Source of the DNA: the human T2T-CHM13v2.0 reference genome, Homo sapiens
Length of the DNA: 64,000 nucleotides
Reading direction: 5' to 3' (one strand)
Assembly (NCBI RefSeq): GCF_009914755.1
Contig: NC_060948.1
Positions 13,700 to 28,459 of this stretch are shown here, in pieces. The notes under the pieces are model-generated. The model made no database searches. It had not been told where the DNA came from and saw only the letters and a list, made by a program, of their open reading frames with translations. Made by a program: the position numbers and the translations under genes. The stretch's first letter is position 1; each line of letters starts with the position of its first letter.

Positions 13700-16250
13700 T
13701 TCATCATCCGGGGCTGTGGATCTTTCAGGATTCACTCATTTATTCCTGATACTGGGTTGGGTCCTAGTCATGCCATGGTATGGTTTGATGTGTCATGCTG
13801 AAATCCAAAGAGGACCTGAGGGGGTGTGGACACAAGCATACCTTCTTCCCCAGGTTAATAATTCCCTAGGACTGCACCATTCATTACTGTTTACATCTTT
13901 CCATAAAACTGTAGGTTTTATGCCAATAGCATTGAAGGGTCTTTACCCATACTCCCCCCACCCTTTTATTTGATCGTATTTTTAAGGGAGGAGTGGGCAT
14001 GTTTTACTATTTCTTGTCTTTGGGGTTATATGGAATGCCTGCCGGTGGAATACTGGATGCTCCATGTGTGACAAAATTGTTGAAATTGTGAGCTGACATA
14101 AGCTGGAGATTATCAGTGTTAATTTTTGTGGGTCAGCCCATAAATGCAAAAGTGAAAAGAATATGTTTAATGACATATTGAGTTGACTCTCCAGGCAGAG
14201 CATGTGCACTAATTAAATGCGTGTTGGTCTCAATGGATACATGTACATATCTTAGTTTTCCAGATTCAGGGATGTATGTATCATCTGTTTGCCATAACTG
14301 ATTAGGCTCTAGTCCTCCAGGGTTAACACTTGTTGAAGTAGGAAATGTGCCTATGAGGTGGCAATCTGTGCATTGTAGGATAATTTTTTTTACCACTCTG
14401 TGAGTAAGTGGAAATTATTTAGATAAGTTTCTCCAATTTTGGTGGCAAAATTGATGCAATTGGGTGGCTTGGTTAAGCAGTAATGTCATAACATGAAAGT
14501 CTGCTTCATTATTGCCATAAGTCAATGGGCCAGGCAGTGAGCTGTGGACTCGAAGGTTTGTAATAAAAATAGGATATGTATGTTGATCAAGCAATTGCTA
14601 AAGTCAAAGAAAAAGAGCACACAGGTCTGGGCCCAGAGTGGACTTAATTAAGGTCTCTCAAGGTTTTGTAGTAAATAGAGTATGCACAGTCACGTACACT
14701 ACTTATGGCCTGAGTGCAAAAAGTTTCCAAGGCCAGTAGCAGAGCCCCAATCTAAGCTCTCTGAGTGCTAGCAAACCCAGATCAAGTGATTGAATTGTGT
14801 GGTCTCCACCATACTGCTGCTTTTCCATGTTTACCAGACCCATCTGTAAACAGTGTTAAAGCATGAGGTATGGGGATTGACCTCTTTCTGTGGGCAAAAT
14901 TACCAGCATATGAGATAATAAATGAAGGAGTTGATCAGAAGGATGGATGTGCTCTATTTGTCCTGTGTAATCAGAGAAAGCTATTTGCAGATCTATCAAT
15001 AATGGCAATACTGCTTCAAATTGCTTTTTAGTTAAAAGAATCCTGATGACATCAGGATCAGAACCTAGCCACTTATTACATCATTTGCAGCCTGAATAGA
15101 TGACTTTAGTAATTAACTAAATATAGGGAGATAGTGTTTTAGTCCCATTATATGAGCAAAAAATCCATTCTAGGAAGAATAGCCCAGGGACCATTTGTCC
15201 TATTAACCCTTTAGGGGAGTGTTTGCTGGGAAAGATAAACAGCATGTACCATAAAGCCTGGGACTATGTGATCTAGCTGCCTCTGAGAGATGGCGAGTTC
15301 TATTTCCTTGATTTCTCTTTTTGATGTAGTTCTAGTTCTAGTTCCTTGATTTCCCTTTTTGCTGCAGAGGTTAAATATCTGGGATAATCTAGGGCTGGAT
15401 TGCCCTTTAAGATAGAATATAGGTTTTGTAGTTTATCAGTAGAAATCTTCAAAGTGGGGTGGTGCAAATTAATGTCTCTCAGAAATTTTTGATAATCATT
15501 TAAGATGTGTAACTTGCTAGTATTTAATTTAATGTTTTGAGATCTTACTGACAGGGAAGTTAGTATGTACCCAGGATATTTCCAAGGAGAAGACATCTGT
15601 CCTTTCTCAGGTGGAACGATTAAATCTCTTAGCTGTGTATGCTTTATGACAGAGTAATATAAATTTAAAAATATTGGCTCCATTGGGGCTGCAAGTAGAA
15701 TATCATCCATAAAAATATTAATCTTGCAATCAGAAAACTCTCTTCTACCAGGGAGCAAAGCTTGATTTACATGATACTGACACAAGGTAGGACAGTTTAG
15801 CATTCCTTGGGGAAGCACTTTCCAGTGAAATCAACAAGCTGGCTTTTCATTATTGATAGCTGATATGGTAAACACAATTTTTTCTCTGTCCTGGAGAAAT
15901 TGTATGAGAATAATCTTTTCAGTCAATAATGATTACAGGCAAATTTTGAGGAATCAAAGTGGAGGAAGGGGGGCCCTGTTGAAGGGGCCCAATAGGCTGT
16001 AAATTAGCATTAATAGCATGTAAGTCATGCAAAATTCTCTATTTCCCAGACTTTTTGGGAATGACGAAAATGGGTGAATTCCAGGGGCTGTGAGAGATTT
16101 GATATGCCCAGCCTTCGATTTCTCTTCAACTAATTCATGAGCCTTCTGTCATTTGTCTCACTTCAGAGGCCACTATTCTTCCCAAATCGGATCTTGAGAG
16201 ACACATGTCAGGGGTAGAGGAGGAATAACAACAGTGGCCATTGTCATAAA
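13700..16250 (-). pseudogene. HML-5 pol remnant (RT, RNase H, integrase)
   Basis: ORFs 15300-15818 (RT palm) and 14133-14396 (CxxC, LWQTD); LFTDGSGK RNase H motif near 14830-14855; many stops and frameshifts. Confidence 0.88.
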
Positions 16251-16950
16251 GGGGTATGCAGAGTGATCTCCTCACACACACTGGGCTAATAGGTCCTGCC
16301 CCAAAAGATTAACAGGATGGGCATGATTAGAGGTTGTATAACTGTTGTTCTTACTTCAGAATCGCAGCATGTTATGGGAAGCATGCTCTGCTTGGCTGTG
16401 TGCACTTTGTAGATGCAGAAATTTTCTGTTTTTGAGTGATCCAAGGCCAAGTTTCTGGCCAGTTCTGATCACTAATGATTAAAATGTTCACTCCTGTGCC
16501 CAATAAGCCAGTAAAATTCTTATGTCCAATTTTTAAAAGTAATCATGGGTCTCTGATCAGTGATTAATTGATTCCAATACACTCTCATGGCTCCTGTGCA
16601 TCCAAAGCATCCCTTTCGCTTTTCCTTTCCATGGGCATTGAGGACCCAGTATGGTAAAATCAGTAACTGAGCTATCTTTGATCCAGGGGGAGGAATATGC
16701 AGACCTTTACATTCCATCATAACCAATATCTCACCCTGATAATCACTATCAGTTACCCCATTGGGCACATTAATTCCTTGACTGGGTAGGCTAGACTGCC
16801 CTAGGACTAACCCCACTGTTCCCAGAGGCACCGGGCCCCAGATCCCAATTGCAAAACTTTTAGAGTCTTCTTCTTTTAGCACTAATTCACTGGGGCAGAG
16901 TAAGTCCAGTCCTGTGCTCCCAGTTGTGGCTGCTCTGAAAGAGAAGACTA
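16250..16950 (-). pseudogene. HML-5 pro remnant (dUTPase + protease)
   Basis: ORF 16520-16882 GLVLGQSS...GVTDSDYQGEILVM...KIAQLLILPY; degenerate protease motif just downstream. Confidence 0.88.
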
Positions 16951-18015
16951 TGGGCTTCCCATTTGACCAAGGAAAGCTTCTGGCATTGCCCCAGTTGGGA
17001 GTGGTGCCTGGAGCTGATCCCTCATGAAGTTTCTGAATGGTTTCTTATGGAGTTGCTGTTTTTATCAAATTTAGACCTGCATTGATCTGCCCAATACTTC
17101 CCCTTCCTACTTCGGGGACATAAAGAGGTGGATTCTCTCCCTTAGTTACCTTGATCTTTACTATGGGGACATTCCCTTGACATATGGCCTGACTCTCCTC
17201 ATAAACACAATTTTGATCTCTCTCCCTTTTCACTTTAGGAGGCCTTAATGCCATAGCCAATATTTTGGCTTTGTGTATCTCAGTTCCTACCAGCTGAAAT
17301 GCTGGTATTAGCTCCCCAACAGTGGTGGCCTTTCCTCTGATTGCCTGCATTGCCTGCTGGCGATCCACATTAGCATTTTCAAAAACCAGTTGCAATGATA
17401 AGATATCAGTGGCCTGGGCATGACTAATTTGTCTCTTAATTGCCTGGGTTAACTGATTGATAAACTCAACAAATGGCTCCTGAGGCCCTTGTCAAACATT
17501 TACAAAAGATCCCTGCTGAATTCTGCTTTCAGGAATTTGGTCCCAAGCCCTGAGAGCACACAGAGGGACATCAGCATAAGCCTGGAGATCAAAATTTAGT
17601 TTTTATTGCACATCGGCATGAGGACCCCTTCCCTGGAGCATATCAGCTGTTATATTTTGCCTGGCCACCTGATTCACCAGGAGAGGCAATACGGCAAGTA
17701 ACGTTTTCTCCTTCTTCCCCTTTTTAGGCTCTTCTGTGTATAATGAGACTAAAGCCATCCTTACAGGGGCCCATAGTGTTAAAGATGATACTGGGACCCA
17801 TTGCCCTTGTGCATCATGCTGTTTAAGATTTCTCCCCACCTGTTACCAGAGTTCTACCTCTAGCATTCCTTCTTCTGGGAACCATGGATTATGTGAGACA
17901 GTAGTTTGCATTAGTTTTCTTAAGTGAGTCCATGAAGCTGATGCTCTGGTAGCATTAAGCAACTATTTCAACATTTTATATACTGTTTCTGTAGAGCTGG
18001 TAACTATTGTCCCAT
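16950..18015 (-). pseudogene. HML-5 gag remnant with internal deletion
   Basis: ATG GGA CAA at 18015; capsid pieces QLVFENANVDRQQAMQAIRGK; matrix-like and capsid-like sequence joined near 17690. Confidence 0.8.
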
Positions 18016-18156
18016 GATGAAACCTCAGCCTGACCAATCCCCTCCGAACTTGGAAATCCCAAGTGGACACCAATGACTTCCTGTTTTACTGACTTAACCA
18101 CACTGTCTTCTTCAACCTTTGTTTTCAGGGGGTCCATTGCACCTCCTTTGCCATGT

Positions 18157-18175
18157 TCTTCACATGGGGGTGCTG
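18157..18175 (-). promoter_or_regulatory. Degenerate primer-binding site, tRNA-Met-like
   Basis: Minus strand cagcacccccatgtgaaga just inside the 5' LTR resembles TGGTGCCCCGTGTGAGGA (complement of the elongator tRNA-Met 3' end); HML-5 is reported to have a Met PBS. Confidence 0.6.
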
Positions 18176-18177
18176 GC

Positions 18178-18664
18178 TGTGGGGGTCTGTCTTGCAGACC
18201 CTGACTCAGTGATGGATGAATAAAGTACACTGACACACAGATATTCTGCTTTGTCAGTTCAACTAAGCATCTGGGCCACTTAGAGTATCCACACAGAATG
18301 CACTAAACAGTTGCAACTGCAGCCTCAAACAGCCAGCAAGACTTTCATCTGTACAGTAAAGATTAATTGACAAAGGTCTGAGTAAACACCACTAGAGGGT
18401 AATTGACATTGCAGACTTCCCAAGTAGAAAGGAATTAAGCACCTGCAGTAGATCAAAAGTTAGTCTTCTTACCACATGAGTAAAGAAGCCAGTTAGATAA
18501 ACTACCCTACCTTCCTTTGTATGCACTTTAACCTATCTACTCAAGGTAAGGATTAGTTTGCCTTCAGCCATAACCTTATCCTGAGACTTTTACAAAATCC
18601 TTCAGGCTTTGCAAGAAGGTTTGTGACTTATAATTTTCCCCACCATCCTGACTGAACCCCTACA
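18178..18664 (-). mobile_element. 5' LTR (LTR22 family)
   Basis: Minus strand begins tgtaggggttcagtcaggatggtgggg; TG...CA termini; repeat of 10002-10502. Confidence 0.92.
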
Positions 18665-18670
18665 AAGTTC

Positions 18671-21600
18671 TGGTGGGCTCCTAGAGGTGAGATTGAGAAT
18701 GTGACCTCTGAGGAGGTGTGGTACACATGAAAAGAACTGTTTGAGTTTTCAAATGTATATAAATAGTCTGGGAACAGGCATGGGAACAGATAGTATAGGT
18801 ATGAGAAAATAGTGGAAAAAAAACCAGAATTGTGTCAGGCTGAATTTATTGATCAGGGCTCACTAAGTAGGCTCTCTGCATTTAAAGCTGCAGCTCAAGG
18901 AGTTTAAAACAAGTTCTAATAATTTATTTGCTTGATTAAATGAAATATAAATAAAAAGATGGCCTACTGTGAGTGGGCTATAAATGTCTGCTCTTTATTG
19001 GTTTAATGTAAAGGAAGACATCCAAAGGCCTAGGGAGATTTGGATGGTGGAGTGGATTTGTCACTTTAGACATACTCACCCCAGTTGGGAGGGTTCAAAA
19101 GATACACCCTTGATCAGTCCCTTGTGAAATAGACTTGTGAGATCAGAGCCTGCATCTTTGAAGAGGCCTGTAATTTTTCTTCTCTGTATGTCAGATCTAA
19201 GGGTGGAAACTACAGTAACTAAACTACCAAATTTAAACACAATGGGAATAATTGTATCCTGATGTGGAAAGGGAAATGACCAGACTTTTCAGGGACTGCT
19301 GGACACAGTCTATGAGTTGATGTTGATTCCAGGGGACAAAAAACATCACTGTGGTCCTTCAGTTAAAGTAGGACCTTATGAAGGTCAGGTAATTAATAAA
19401 GTTTTAGCTTCAGTCAGACTTAGAAGGGGTTCAATGGGTCCCTAGACTCATTCTGTGGTCCTTTTCCCAGTGCCAGAATGCATAATTGGCATAGGCATAA
19501 TTGGCATAGACATACTTAGCAGCTGGCAGAATCCACCATTTGCTCCCTGACTTGTAGGGTAGAGCTAGTATAATGGGAAAGGTCAAATGGAGGCCAGTAG
19601 AGCTGCCTATGCCTAGAAAAATAGTAAATCAAAAACAATATCAATTTTTTGGAGAGATTGTGAAGGTTAGTGACACCATCAAGGACTTGAAAGGCATAGG
19701 AGTGGTAATTAGCAACACATCCTCTTACAACTCTCCCATTTGTCTGATGCAGAAGACAGATGGATTTTGGAGAATAATAGCAGATTACCGTAAGCTTAAC
19801 TGCATGGTGACTCCAATTGTACCTGCTGTACCAGATGTGGTTTTATTGTTTGAGCAAATTAATACATCTCCTGGTACTTGGTATGCAATAATTCACTTGG
19901 GGAAAATACCTTTTTCTTCATTCCTGTCCATAAGGCTCACGTGAAGCAATTTGCCTTCAGCTGGCAAGGCCAGTAATATGCCTTTATTGTCCTACCACAG
20001 GGGTATATCAACTCTCTCTCTCTGTGTCATAATCTTATTTAAAGAGCTCTTGACTGCTTTTGGCTTCTGCAAGATAGCACACTGGTCCATTACATTGATG
20101 ACTTTATGCAGATTTTACCCAGTGAACAAGAAGTAGCAAACACACTGGACTTATTTATGAGACATTTTTGTACCAGAGAATGGGAAATAAATCTGACTAA
20201 ATTTCAGGGACACTTTATCTCAGTAAAATTTCTAGGTGTTATAAGGTAAATAACAAGTTGCTACATTAGGCACCTCCTACAACCAAGAAAGAGGCAAAAT
20301 GTCTAGGGAACCTATTTGGATATTGGAGGCAACACATTTCTCATTCAAGTATCTTACTCTGGCCCATTTATTTAGTGACCTGAAAGCCTGCCAGTATTGA
20401 GTAGTGTCCAGAACAGGAGGAAGATCTGCTGCAGTTCTAGGATGCCATGCCAGCTTCTCTGCCACTTGGGCCATATGACCCAGCAGATCTAATGGTGCTT
20501 AAGGCATCATTGGTAGATAAGGTTGCTGTCTGGAGGCCTTGCCAGGCTCCCACAGGTGAATCACAGGATTGGTCTCAAGTGTTTTGAAGAAAAGCTCCAT
20601 CATGTTCTGCAAATAACTGTTCTCCTTTTGAGAGACAGCTCTTGGCCTGTTACTGGACTTTGTTGGAAACTGAACGTTTGACTATGGGTCATCAAGTCAC
20701 CATATGAACTAAATGGCCTATCATGAAGTGCTTGATTTCTTAACCATCTAGCCACAAAATGGGTTGTGCACAGCAGCATTTCATCACCAAATGGAAGTGG
20801 CATATATGTGACCATGCTTGAACAGGTCCTGAAAGAACAAGTAAGTTATATAAGGAAGTGGATCAAAAGTCCATGTCTCCACTCCTGCCACCCTGCCTTT
20901 TCTCCTTCAACTTGCAATCATGGTCTCAAGAGGATTTCCCTATGATCAACTGACAAAATGAGAGAAGACTATGGCCAGGTTCCATTTGGTTCTGCACAAT
21001 ATGCAGCCACCGCCTGAAATTAGACAGCTGCAGCACTACAGCTCCTTTTTAGGATGTTCCTAAAAGACAGTGGTAAAGGGAAATCTTCCCAATGGGCAGA
21101 ACTTCAAACAGATGTATGATTATATACTGATTCTTTAGCTATAGCAAATGGTTTGGCTGGATGATCAGGAACTTGGAAGAACCATGATTAGAAAATTGGT
21201 GACAAAGCAATTTTGGGAAAAGGTATGTGCAGGGGCCTCTCTGAGTGGTCAGAAACTGAGGATATTTATGTTTCACGTGAGTGCTCACCAGCAGGTTACC
21301 TCAGCAGAGAAGGAATTTAATTATCAAATGGATAGAATGACCTGTTCTGTGGACACCACTCAGACTCTGTCCCAAGCCACTCCTGTCATCACCCAATGGG
21401 CCCATAAACAAAGCGTCTATGATGGCAGGGATGGAAGTTATGCATGGGCTCTGCAAAATGGACTTTTATTTACCAAGGGTGACTTGGGTATGGACACTGA
21501 TGAATTCCCCATTTGCCAGCAATGGAGACAAACACTGAGCCCTCAATATGGTGCCATTTTTGTAGGGTAATCAGCCAGCTACCTGATGGCATGTTGATTA

Positions 21601-22637
21601 CATTTGACCTCTTCCATTATGGAAAGGGAAGAGGTTAGTACTCAAAGTAATATACACTTATTCTGGATATGGGTTTTCCTATCCTGCATGCAATGTTTCT
21701 GCCAAGACTACCATCTGTGGACTCATAAAATGCCTTATCCACCATCATGTTATTCCACAAAACATTGGCTCTGACCAAGGCACCCACTTTATGACTAAAG
21801 AATTGTGGCAGTAGGCTTCTGATTATGGAATTCACTGGTCTCACCATGTTTCTCATCATCCTGAATGGGATCCATTGAATGATTCCATTAAACTGGAAGT
21901 TAAGATTGCCCCCTTAGCATTTTGGGATCCTCCTACTTTTCAGCTATCATGCTAAGAAAGGAGTTACAGTTTTGGCTGTGGTGATTGACCTGAACTATCA
22001 AGATAAAATCAGTCTACTACTCTACAGTGGAGGCAAGGAAGAGTAAGCATGTAATATAGGAAATCCATCAGGGTGCCTGTTAATATTAACATGCCCTGTG
22101 ATTAAGGTCAGTGGATAACTACAGCAGCCTAATCATGACAGGAATACAAATGGTCCAGACTCTTCGGGAATTAAGGTTTGGGTCACTCCACCAGGAAAAA
22201 AAAGAAAAGAAAAAAGAACAAACAACACCTGCTTAGGTGCTTGCTGAAGGCAAAAGAAACACAGAAAAGTTGGTAGAATAAGGTGGTCATCAATACCAGC
22301 TATGACCACATGACCAGCTGCAGAAATGAGGACTTTAATTGCCCTAAGTAGTTCCTCCTTTTGTTAAAAAAATGTTTGTGCCTGTATACACATGTACAAA
22401 TACCTTTATTTTTCATTTTCTTTATCATTTGACATAAGATTCATTGGCCTCACATTAGTACTGAAGTATTCTTAACTTTACATAATAGTATTTGGGTTGA
22501 GGATTGGGATGCTCCTGGTTGTACAAAGGATAGTTGTATTATGTTAGGTGTAATTATGACCTCATTACTGTCTTTATTTGAAGATTATGTATGATCTTAG
22601 GAGATGTGTATGGGTTCAACTTGACAAGAAGTGGAGT
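18671..22637 (+). mobile_element. HERV-L internal region (gag end, protease, RT/RNase H, integrase), decayed
   Basis: ggactgctggacaca (GLLDT), ORF 19573-19944 NSPICLMQKTDGFWRIIADYRKLN, cattacattgatgac (HYIDD), ORF 21148-21570 HVSAHQ...WAHKQS. Confidence 0.92.
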
Positions 22638-23015
22638 TGTGATAGTTAAAACTGAGTGTTGACTTCATTGGATTGGGGGATACAGAGTACTAATCCAGGG
22701 TGTGTTTATTGGGTGTTTCCCCCAAAAAACTAACATTTGAGTAAGTGGGCTGAATAAGGCAGATCTACCTTAATCTACTGGGCACAATATAATCAGCTTA
22801 TAGTGAATATAAAGCAGGCAGAAAAATGTGAAAAGGAGAAATAGGCCTAGCTCCAAGCCCACATCATTCTCCCATGCTGGATGCTTCCTCCCCTTTTACA
22901 TTGAGGTCCAAGTTCATCAGTTTTGGGACTCAAACTGGCCCTCTTCACTGCTCAGCTTGTAGGCAGCTTTTTGTGCTCGTGTAAGAGTTAATACTTAATA
23001 AACTCCTCATATATG
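22638..23015 (+). mobile_element. MLT2A-type 3' LTR of the HERV-L, 3'-truncated
   Basis: tgtgatagttaaaactgagtgttgacttcattggattg ... gttaatacttaataaactcc; follows a purine-rich tract. Confidence 0.88.
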
Positions 23016-25789
23016 ATATGCTCCACATGTAAACTAATTGAGCACTATAAATGTGGTTAACTACTATGTTGCTGCTAGCTGCTAAGGTCCTGAAACAAAT
23101 TTTTATTCAAACGTAAAAGATTTGACATTGTATGAACAAACCTCCTTTTTGGATTTATCTTAATGTATATATTTTTCATATTCCTTATATTTTTATATTA
23201 CAGCAATTTCCTCATTTATTTGTTTTTATTTTATCTTATTTTCTAATATAAATTTTTCTGAATGTGTTTATTTTGGGTTATTTTAAAACAAGACAAAGCA
23301 TAAGTTATTATGATCAAAGATGCCCACTGTGCAATCTTCTATCAAGTAATTTTTTAAACAGAAGAAGGTACTTGAGTATTAAGTCTCTTCAACAACTTTA
23401 GCAAAAGCACGATTTCTGTAACACTGGCATATTCTTCGAAATCTTAGTTTTCATTTGGCTTGCTTATTGTAATATCTTAGCAACTTTTGTGTCATAAGAC
23501 ACATTTAATATTTGTCATATGATAAATATGAAGAATGTGTGTGCATAATGGAGTGTGCCAATGCACATGTGTGCATGTGTATTATGTATGTCTTCCAGCT
23601 GTAGTCAAGATTAGTTCTATCCTAGAAGCCACTGATTGAGTTTTCTCCCTCAGTACCCCAAAACAGAGGTGGCTTAGGGTTTTATTTTGCTATATTAGCA
23701 TTTTATGGAAATATTTTAAAAGTAATTGGAATGAAAAGGGGAGAAAAAGAAATATATGCTTTAGTTTCTACCCATTGATTAACTGAAGTGACCTCACTTT
23801 GCTAACACTTACCCTAACTTGAATCAACAGAACTTTACAAAAGCTTCCTAAAATCCTTCTGATTTACAGAAAGCAAAGATTGAGTTAAGAAATCTTAAAA
23901 ATATAAAATCAAAGTGTTCTGAAACTGTGCTTTTAAAAATAATTTTCTGTAAAGATGCTTCAACACTGTTAATGTCTCAAAGGTGCCTAAGACTCTAGAT
24001 TTTAAGATATTTAGCAGCATTTCTAGCCTTTCAGCACTAGATGCTAGTAACAACCTTACCAATTCCACTTCCAGTCATCAAGAGGCATAAAGTAAAACTA
24101 TTTTAAACCTACTGACCTACAGAAACCCTAGACATTCACATGGACTGTCTGGTACCTCTGTTGGCTTACCATCTATAATCCTTCCCCTTCCACAGTCAGC
24201 TACGACCACAGTGACCTGGCTGTTTTGCAAGCAATCTAAGCAGAACTCTGCCAGAAATCATCATGCCTCTTAATCTTGCTGCATACTTACATAATTATGT
24301 TCTTATTTTATTTAGATATGAACTTGCAAGTCACTTTGGAGACAAATTACTGTATACCTGTTTTACATAAAACCAAAATGTACTTTATAATAGAGAATCT
24401 TGCCTCATGCATTTTATATGGAATTGATAACCTCAATTAATCAAATGCAAACAAAAAACTTTATATGCACCATAACCACTAAAACAAAAACATAACTTCC
24501 AGGATCCCAAATTATAAGTGTAATATTCAATGTAAGTGTTTTAAATAACATTTTTTATGGGACAAAAATAAGATCTAAATAAAAATGGACTCTGAGATTA
24601 GAAAACAATCAGTGCTTTATAAATAAAAATGAAAGCAAAACTATAGGGAAGATAGCTTCAAACCATTCAAAGAAACATCAAACCAATAAAAAAGTGTCTG
24701 GAACCTGGAAATCAACAGTTTCTATGAACCAAGCTCACAATCAAGGGAGACAATTTTAAAATTATAAATGTTTTTTTTTATTGCCATAGTGCCTCCTAGG
24801 CACATATAAAGCCTTCAAAACTGAAATTTGTATTTTTAATTTGAGGCCCAGATTCCTGATTCAGGAACAAGTAAAGAAGTCTTTATGTGCTAATTTATTG
24901 TGTTTACCTAGGAGGTAATGAAGAATTGATAAAACACATTTATTTCAGTTTTGCCTAAGTAAGAACCCACTCTTGGTTGAAAATGCCAAGAATTGGTCAC
25001 AAATCTTTATGTTGTTGAGAGAAAAGAATACAGTTATTTCATACAATAGACAATTGATTAATAGAGATTCAGATTTTTTAATGATAGTTTTCATATTGCT
25101 CTCATTCAGAATGATAATGGAATGCATGCTAAGCTTTCAATAACTAAGAAAACACCTTGGAGATATGAAGAAAATATATAACTGGTAAAATAATACTCAG
25201 GCAAAAAATGTGTAGATAAAAGCTAAAGGAATGTGTGACTAATCCTTCTCTAAGGAAAGTAGTGTTACTTTTACAACACTGGCAAAGTTAGCTATTACTA
25301 TTATACTTCTGGTAGGCAGCTATTACATAGAAAACTACAAATCTATTTTAATGGACACTCAATGTGTACAGATACAATCTGAGATAATAATATAAATTGA
25401 GAAGGATAGAAAAGCCCAAGAGCAGCATACTTTTATTATTAAAATTAAATTTTAGATAATTCAATTGACTTAATATTCTTCAAAGTAGGTGATTTAATGT
25501 GTAGAATATTACAAGAAGTCCCAAATATAACTAATTATAATATAAAAATACTGAAAAGAATAAACTAAGAAAATAACCAAATTTTTAAAATGATCAACAG
25601 AGGAACTGAGGATCCAATAAGATAGAGAACATATGGGAAACAAGGAAATAAATGTTAGAGTAATTATTTTTTTTACTTGTAATAACTTTAAATATGAGCT
25701 CTTGCATAACAAAGGCAAAGAATGGTGAAAATGCACCTTTAAAGAAGGACTTAACTTATATGATTTCTACCCAAGTCTTACTTTAGGTG

Positions 25790-27600
25790 CAAAGACATGG
25801 AGATTTAAAGTAAAATGATACAAGTTCTGGGAAAAGCATGAGAGTGGACTATAGAACACTATATATCTGTCTCTTCAAGTGGCAGACTCGGTATGATGCA
25901 ATTAGTTTGGAACTCCAGAGTCTATCTGAAGGTATACCATTTCCAAAAGAAGCTTTGCATAGTAAACAATTAAATTTGATCATATTTTAGTGTAGATCAC
26001 CAGCAGCTATTTATTTTTTATCAGCTACTGCAGTGATGTGCTACCTTGCAAATACTTCTGGAGCAGCTAGCAAGAGCCAGGATAAACAAAAAGAACTCAG
26101 TCCTCCAAATCTCAGGAGGACTTGGGCATCAATTGCTGCTTCTGATTATGGCCGTCCCGACACAGGGAACAAGTCATGATTTCATTCCCCAAACCTTTCG
26201 CAGGCTTTTCCTCCTCCTCCTCAAGCAACTTTCAGAAGATTTAAAGAGCCAGAACATTTTTTTTTCTAATTTTCCATTTTTTTATCTTAAGAGACCTACA
26301 ATTATGGACAAAAATATTAAAAAGAAAATATATGTACATGAAACTTTAGAATAAAATTTGTTGTTAACCATATGTGCCCCCAAATGGTGCACACTCAAGA
26401 AAGACCCAAGAATAAGTTGAGTAAGACTGACTGCCAGGACAGAAATAACTGACATGAGGAATAAAAAAAAACCCTAGCAAATCACAGGGGGAGAAAATCT
26501 GATTTTCAAAGTTTTAGCGTTTTAAAATTTGAACGCCTCTTTTCAACACCAACAAAATCACAAAGCAAAAAGTTAAATAAGAAAGTACGGATCATCCTAA
26601 GAAAAGAAAAATCACTAACAGAAGCTTTTCATAGAAAGCTCAAATGGCACGCTTTCTAAAAAATAATTTTAAAAATTAATGTCCTTAGGAAGCTACTAGA
26701 ATAAACAAAATGATTCTCCTGCCTCGACCTTCCAAAACAAAGAAATTCATGAACAAAAAATGTTAATAAAGAGAGAGTAAACTTATTTTTAAAATTAAGA
26801 AAAAATTATGGACCTAGAAAGGAAAACAAATGACATAGAAATTTTCTACATACATTTAAAAGGAGACTTGAGCAGATAAAAGAACAAAATGTTGGCAAAC
26901 CTAGAAGAAGGGCAGTTGAAATTATTAAGTCAGAAAGAGAAAAAGAAATAAAGAAATGTGAACACAGCCTAGATCCAGTAGGACACGATCAAGGAGATCT
27001 ACTTATGCATTTTGAAAGTTCAAAGAGAAGAGACAAAGAAACAGGGAGACTAAAAATACAGTGGTCAAGAATATAACACATTTGAGGAAATAAACATCTA
27101 GGAAGAGCAACAAACTCCCATTAAGATAAACTCAAAGAAACACACTCAAACCTACATGATAATTATACTAAAACAAAGACAAAGAGAATCTTGAAAGCAG
27201 CAAGAGAAGTGACTAGTCATGTAAAAAGAACCCTCAAAAATAATCAGCAGATTTCTTATCTAGAAACTCAGAGGTCAGAAAGCAGAAGACTAATATTTTC
27301 CAAGTAATGTAAGAAAAGACTTTCAAATACAAATCTTACGTCCAAATAAAGTCCATCAAACATGAGGGAGAAATTATGACATTCCAAAATATAAGCTGGG
27401 GTCTTTTTAGATAACCCTTTAAGAAATGCTCTATGGAGTATTTCAGGATAAAATGAAAGGACACTGAACAGCAGTATAAATAAATAAAGATTACGGTAAA
27501 GATAAATATGTGATTATTATCAATTATGAAAGAGAAAAAATTAACAATGTGCATCTTCGTAATTTGCTCTCCACAAAATCGACAATAGAATTTTATTTTA
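25790..27600 (+). mobile_element. Old L1M 5' region and ORF1 remnant
   Basis: A-rich L1 ORF1 motifs agagaatcttgaaagcagcaagagaag, atcagcagatttcttatc, gagggagaaattatgacattcc. Confidence 0.75.
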
Positions 27601-27611
27601 AAAAAAGTGAA

Positions 27612-28114
27612 TTTTTTTATTTTATTATTATTATACTTTAAATTTTAGGGTATATGTGCCCAATGTGCAGGTTATTTACATATGTGTACATGTGCCATGC
27701 TGGTGTGCTGCACCCATTAACTCGTCATTTTGCATTACGTATATCTCCTAAAGCTATCCCTCCCCCCTCCCCCACCTCACAACAGTACCCAGAGTGTGAT
27801 GTTCGCCTTCCTGTGTCCATGTGTTCTCATTGTTCAGTTCCCACCTATGAGTGAGAACATGTGGTGTTTGGTTTTTTGTTCTTGTGACAGTTTACTGAGA
27901 ATGATGATTTCCAATTTTATCCATGTCCCTACAAAGGACATGTGCTCATCATTTTTTATGGCTGCATAGTATTCCATGGTGTATATATGCCACATTTTCT
28001 TAATCCAGTCTATCATTGTTCGACATTTGGGTTGGTTCCAAGTCTTTGCTATTGTGAACAGTGCCACAATAAACATACGTGTGCATGTGTCTTTATAGCA
28101 GCATGATTTATAGT
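27612..28114 (-). mobile_element. Young L1PA 3' end, 5'-truncated
   Basis: ttattatactttaaattttagggta...; ORF 27834-28133 gives the ORF2 C-terminus DTCTRMFIVALFTIAKTWNQPKC. Confidence 0.95.
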
Positions 28115-28393
28115 TGGAGTATTGCTCTGTCACCCAGGCTGGAGATCAGTGGCGCCATCTCAGCTCGCTGCAAACTCCACCTCCCAGGTTCATGCCATTC
28201 TCCTGTCTCAGCCTTCCCAGCAGCTGGGACTAGAAGCACAACACCACCATGCCTGGCTAATTTTTTGTGCTTTTAGTACAGACGGGGATTTCACTGTGTT
28301 AGCCAGGATGGTGTTGATCTTCCGACCTCATGATCCACCCACCTCAGCCTCCGAAAGTGCTGGGATTACAGGCATGAGCCACCATGCCTGGCT
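28115..28393 (-). mobile_element. Alu lacking its A-tail, abutting the L1PA
   Basis: tggagtattgctctgtcacccaggctgg ... caccatgcctggct. Confidence 0.92.
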
Positions 28394-28396
28394 CAT

Positions 28397-28456
28397 TCTT
28401 TTTTTTTTTTTTTTGAGACGGAGTCTCTCTCTGTCACCCAGACTGGAGTGCAGTGG
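28397..28456 (-). mobile_element. Alu 3' fragment
   Basis: poly-T then gagacggagtctctctctgtcacccagactggagtgcagtggc, then an abrupt end. Confidence 0.88.
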
Positions 28457-28459
28457 CTA

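Noticed and set aside
19480-19510. 15-bp tandem duplication (cataattggcatag) in the HERV-L protease region
   Set aside because: Real but trivial slippage in a dead element
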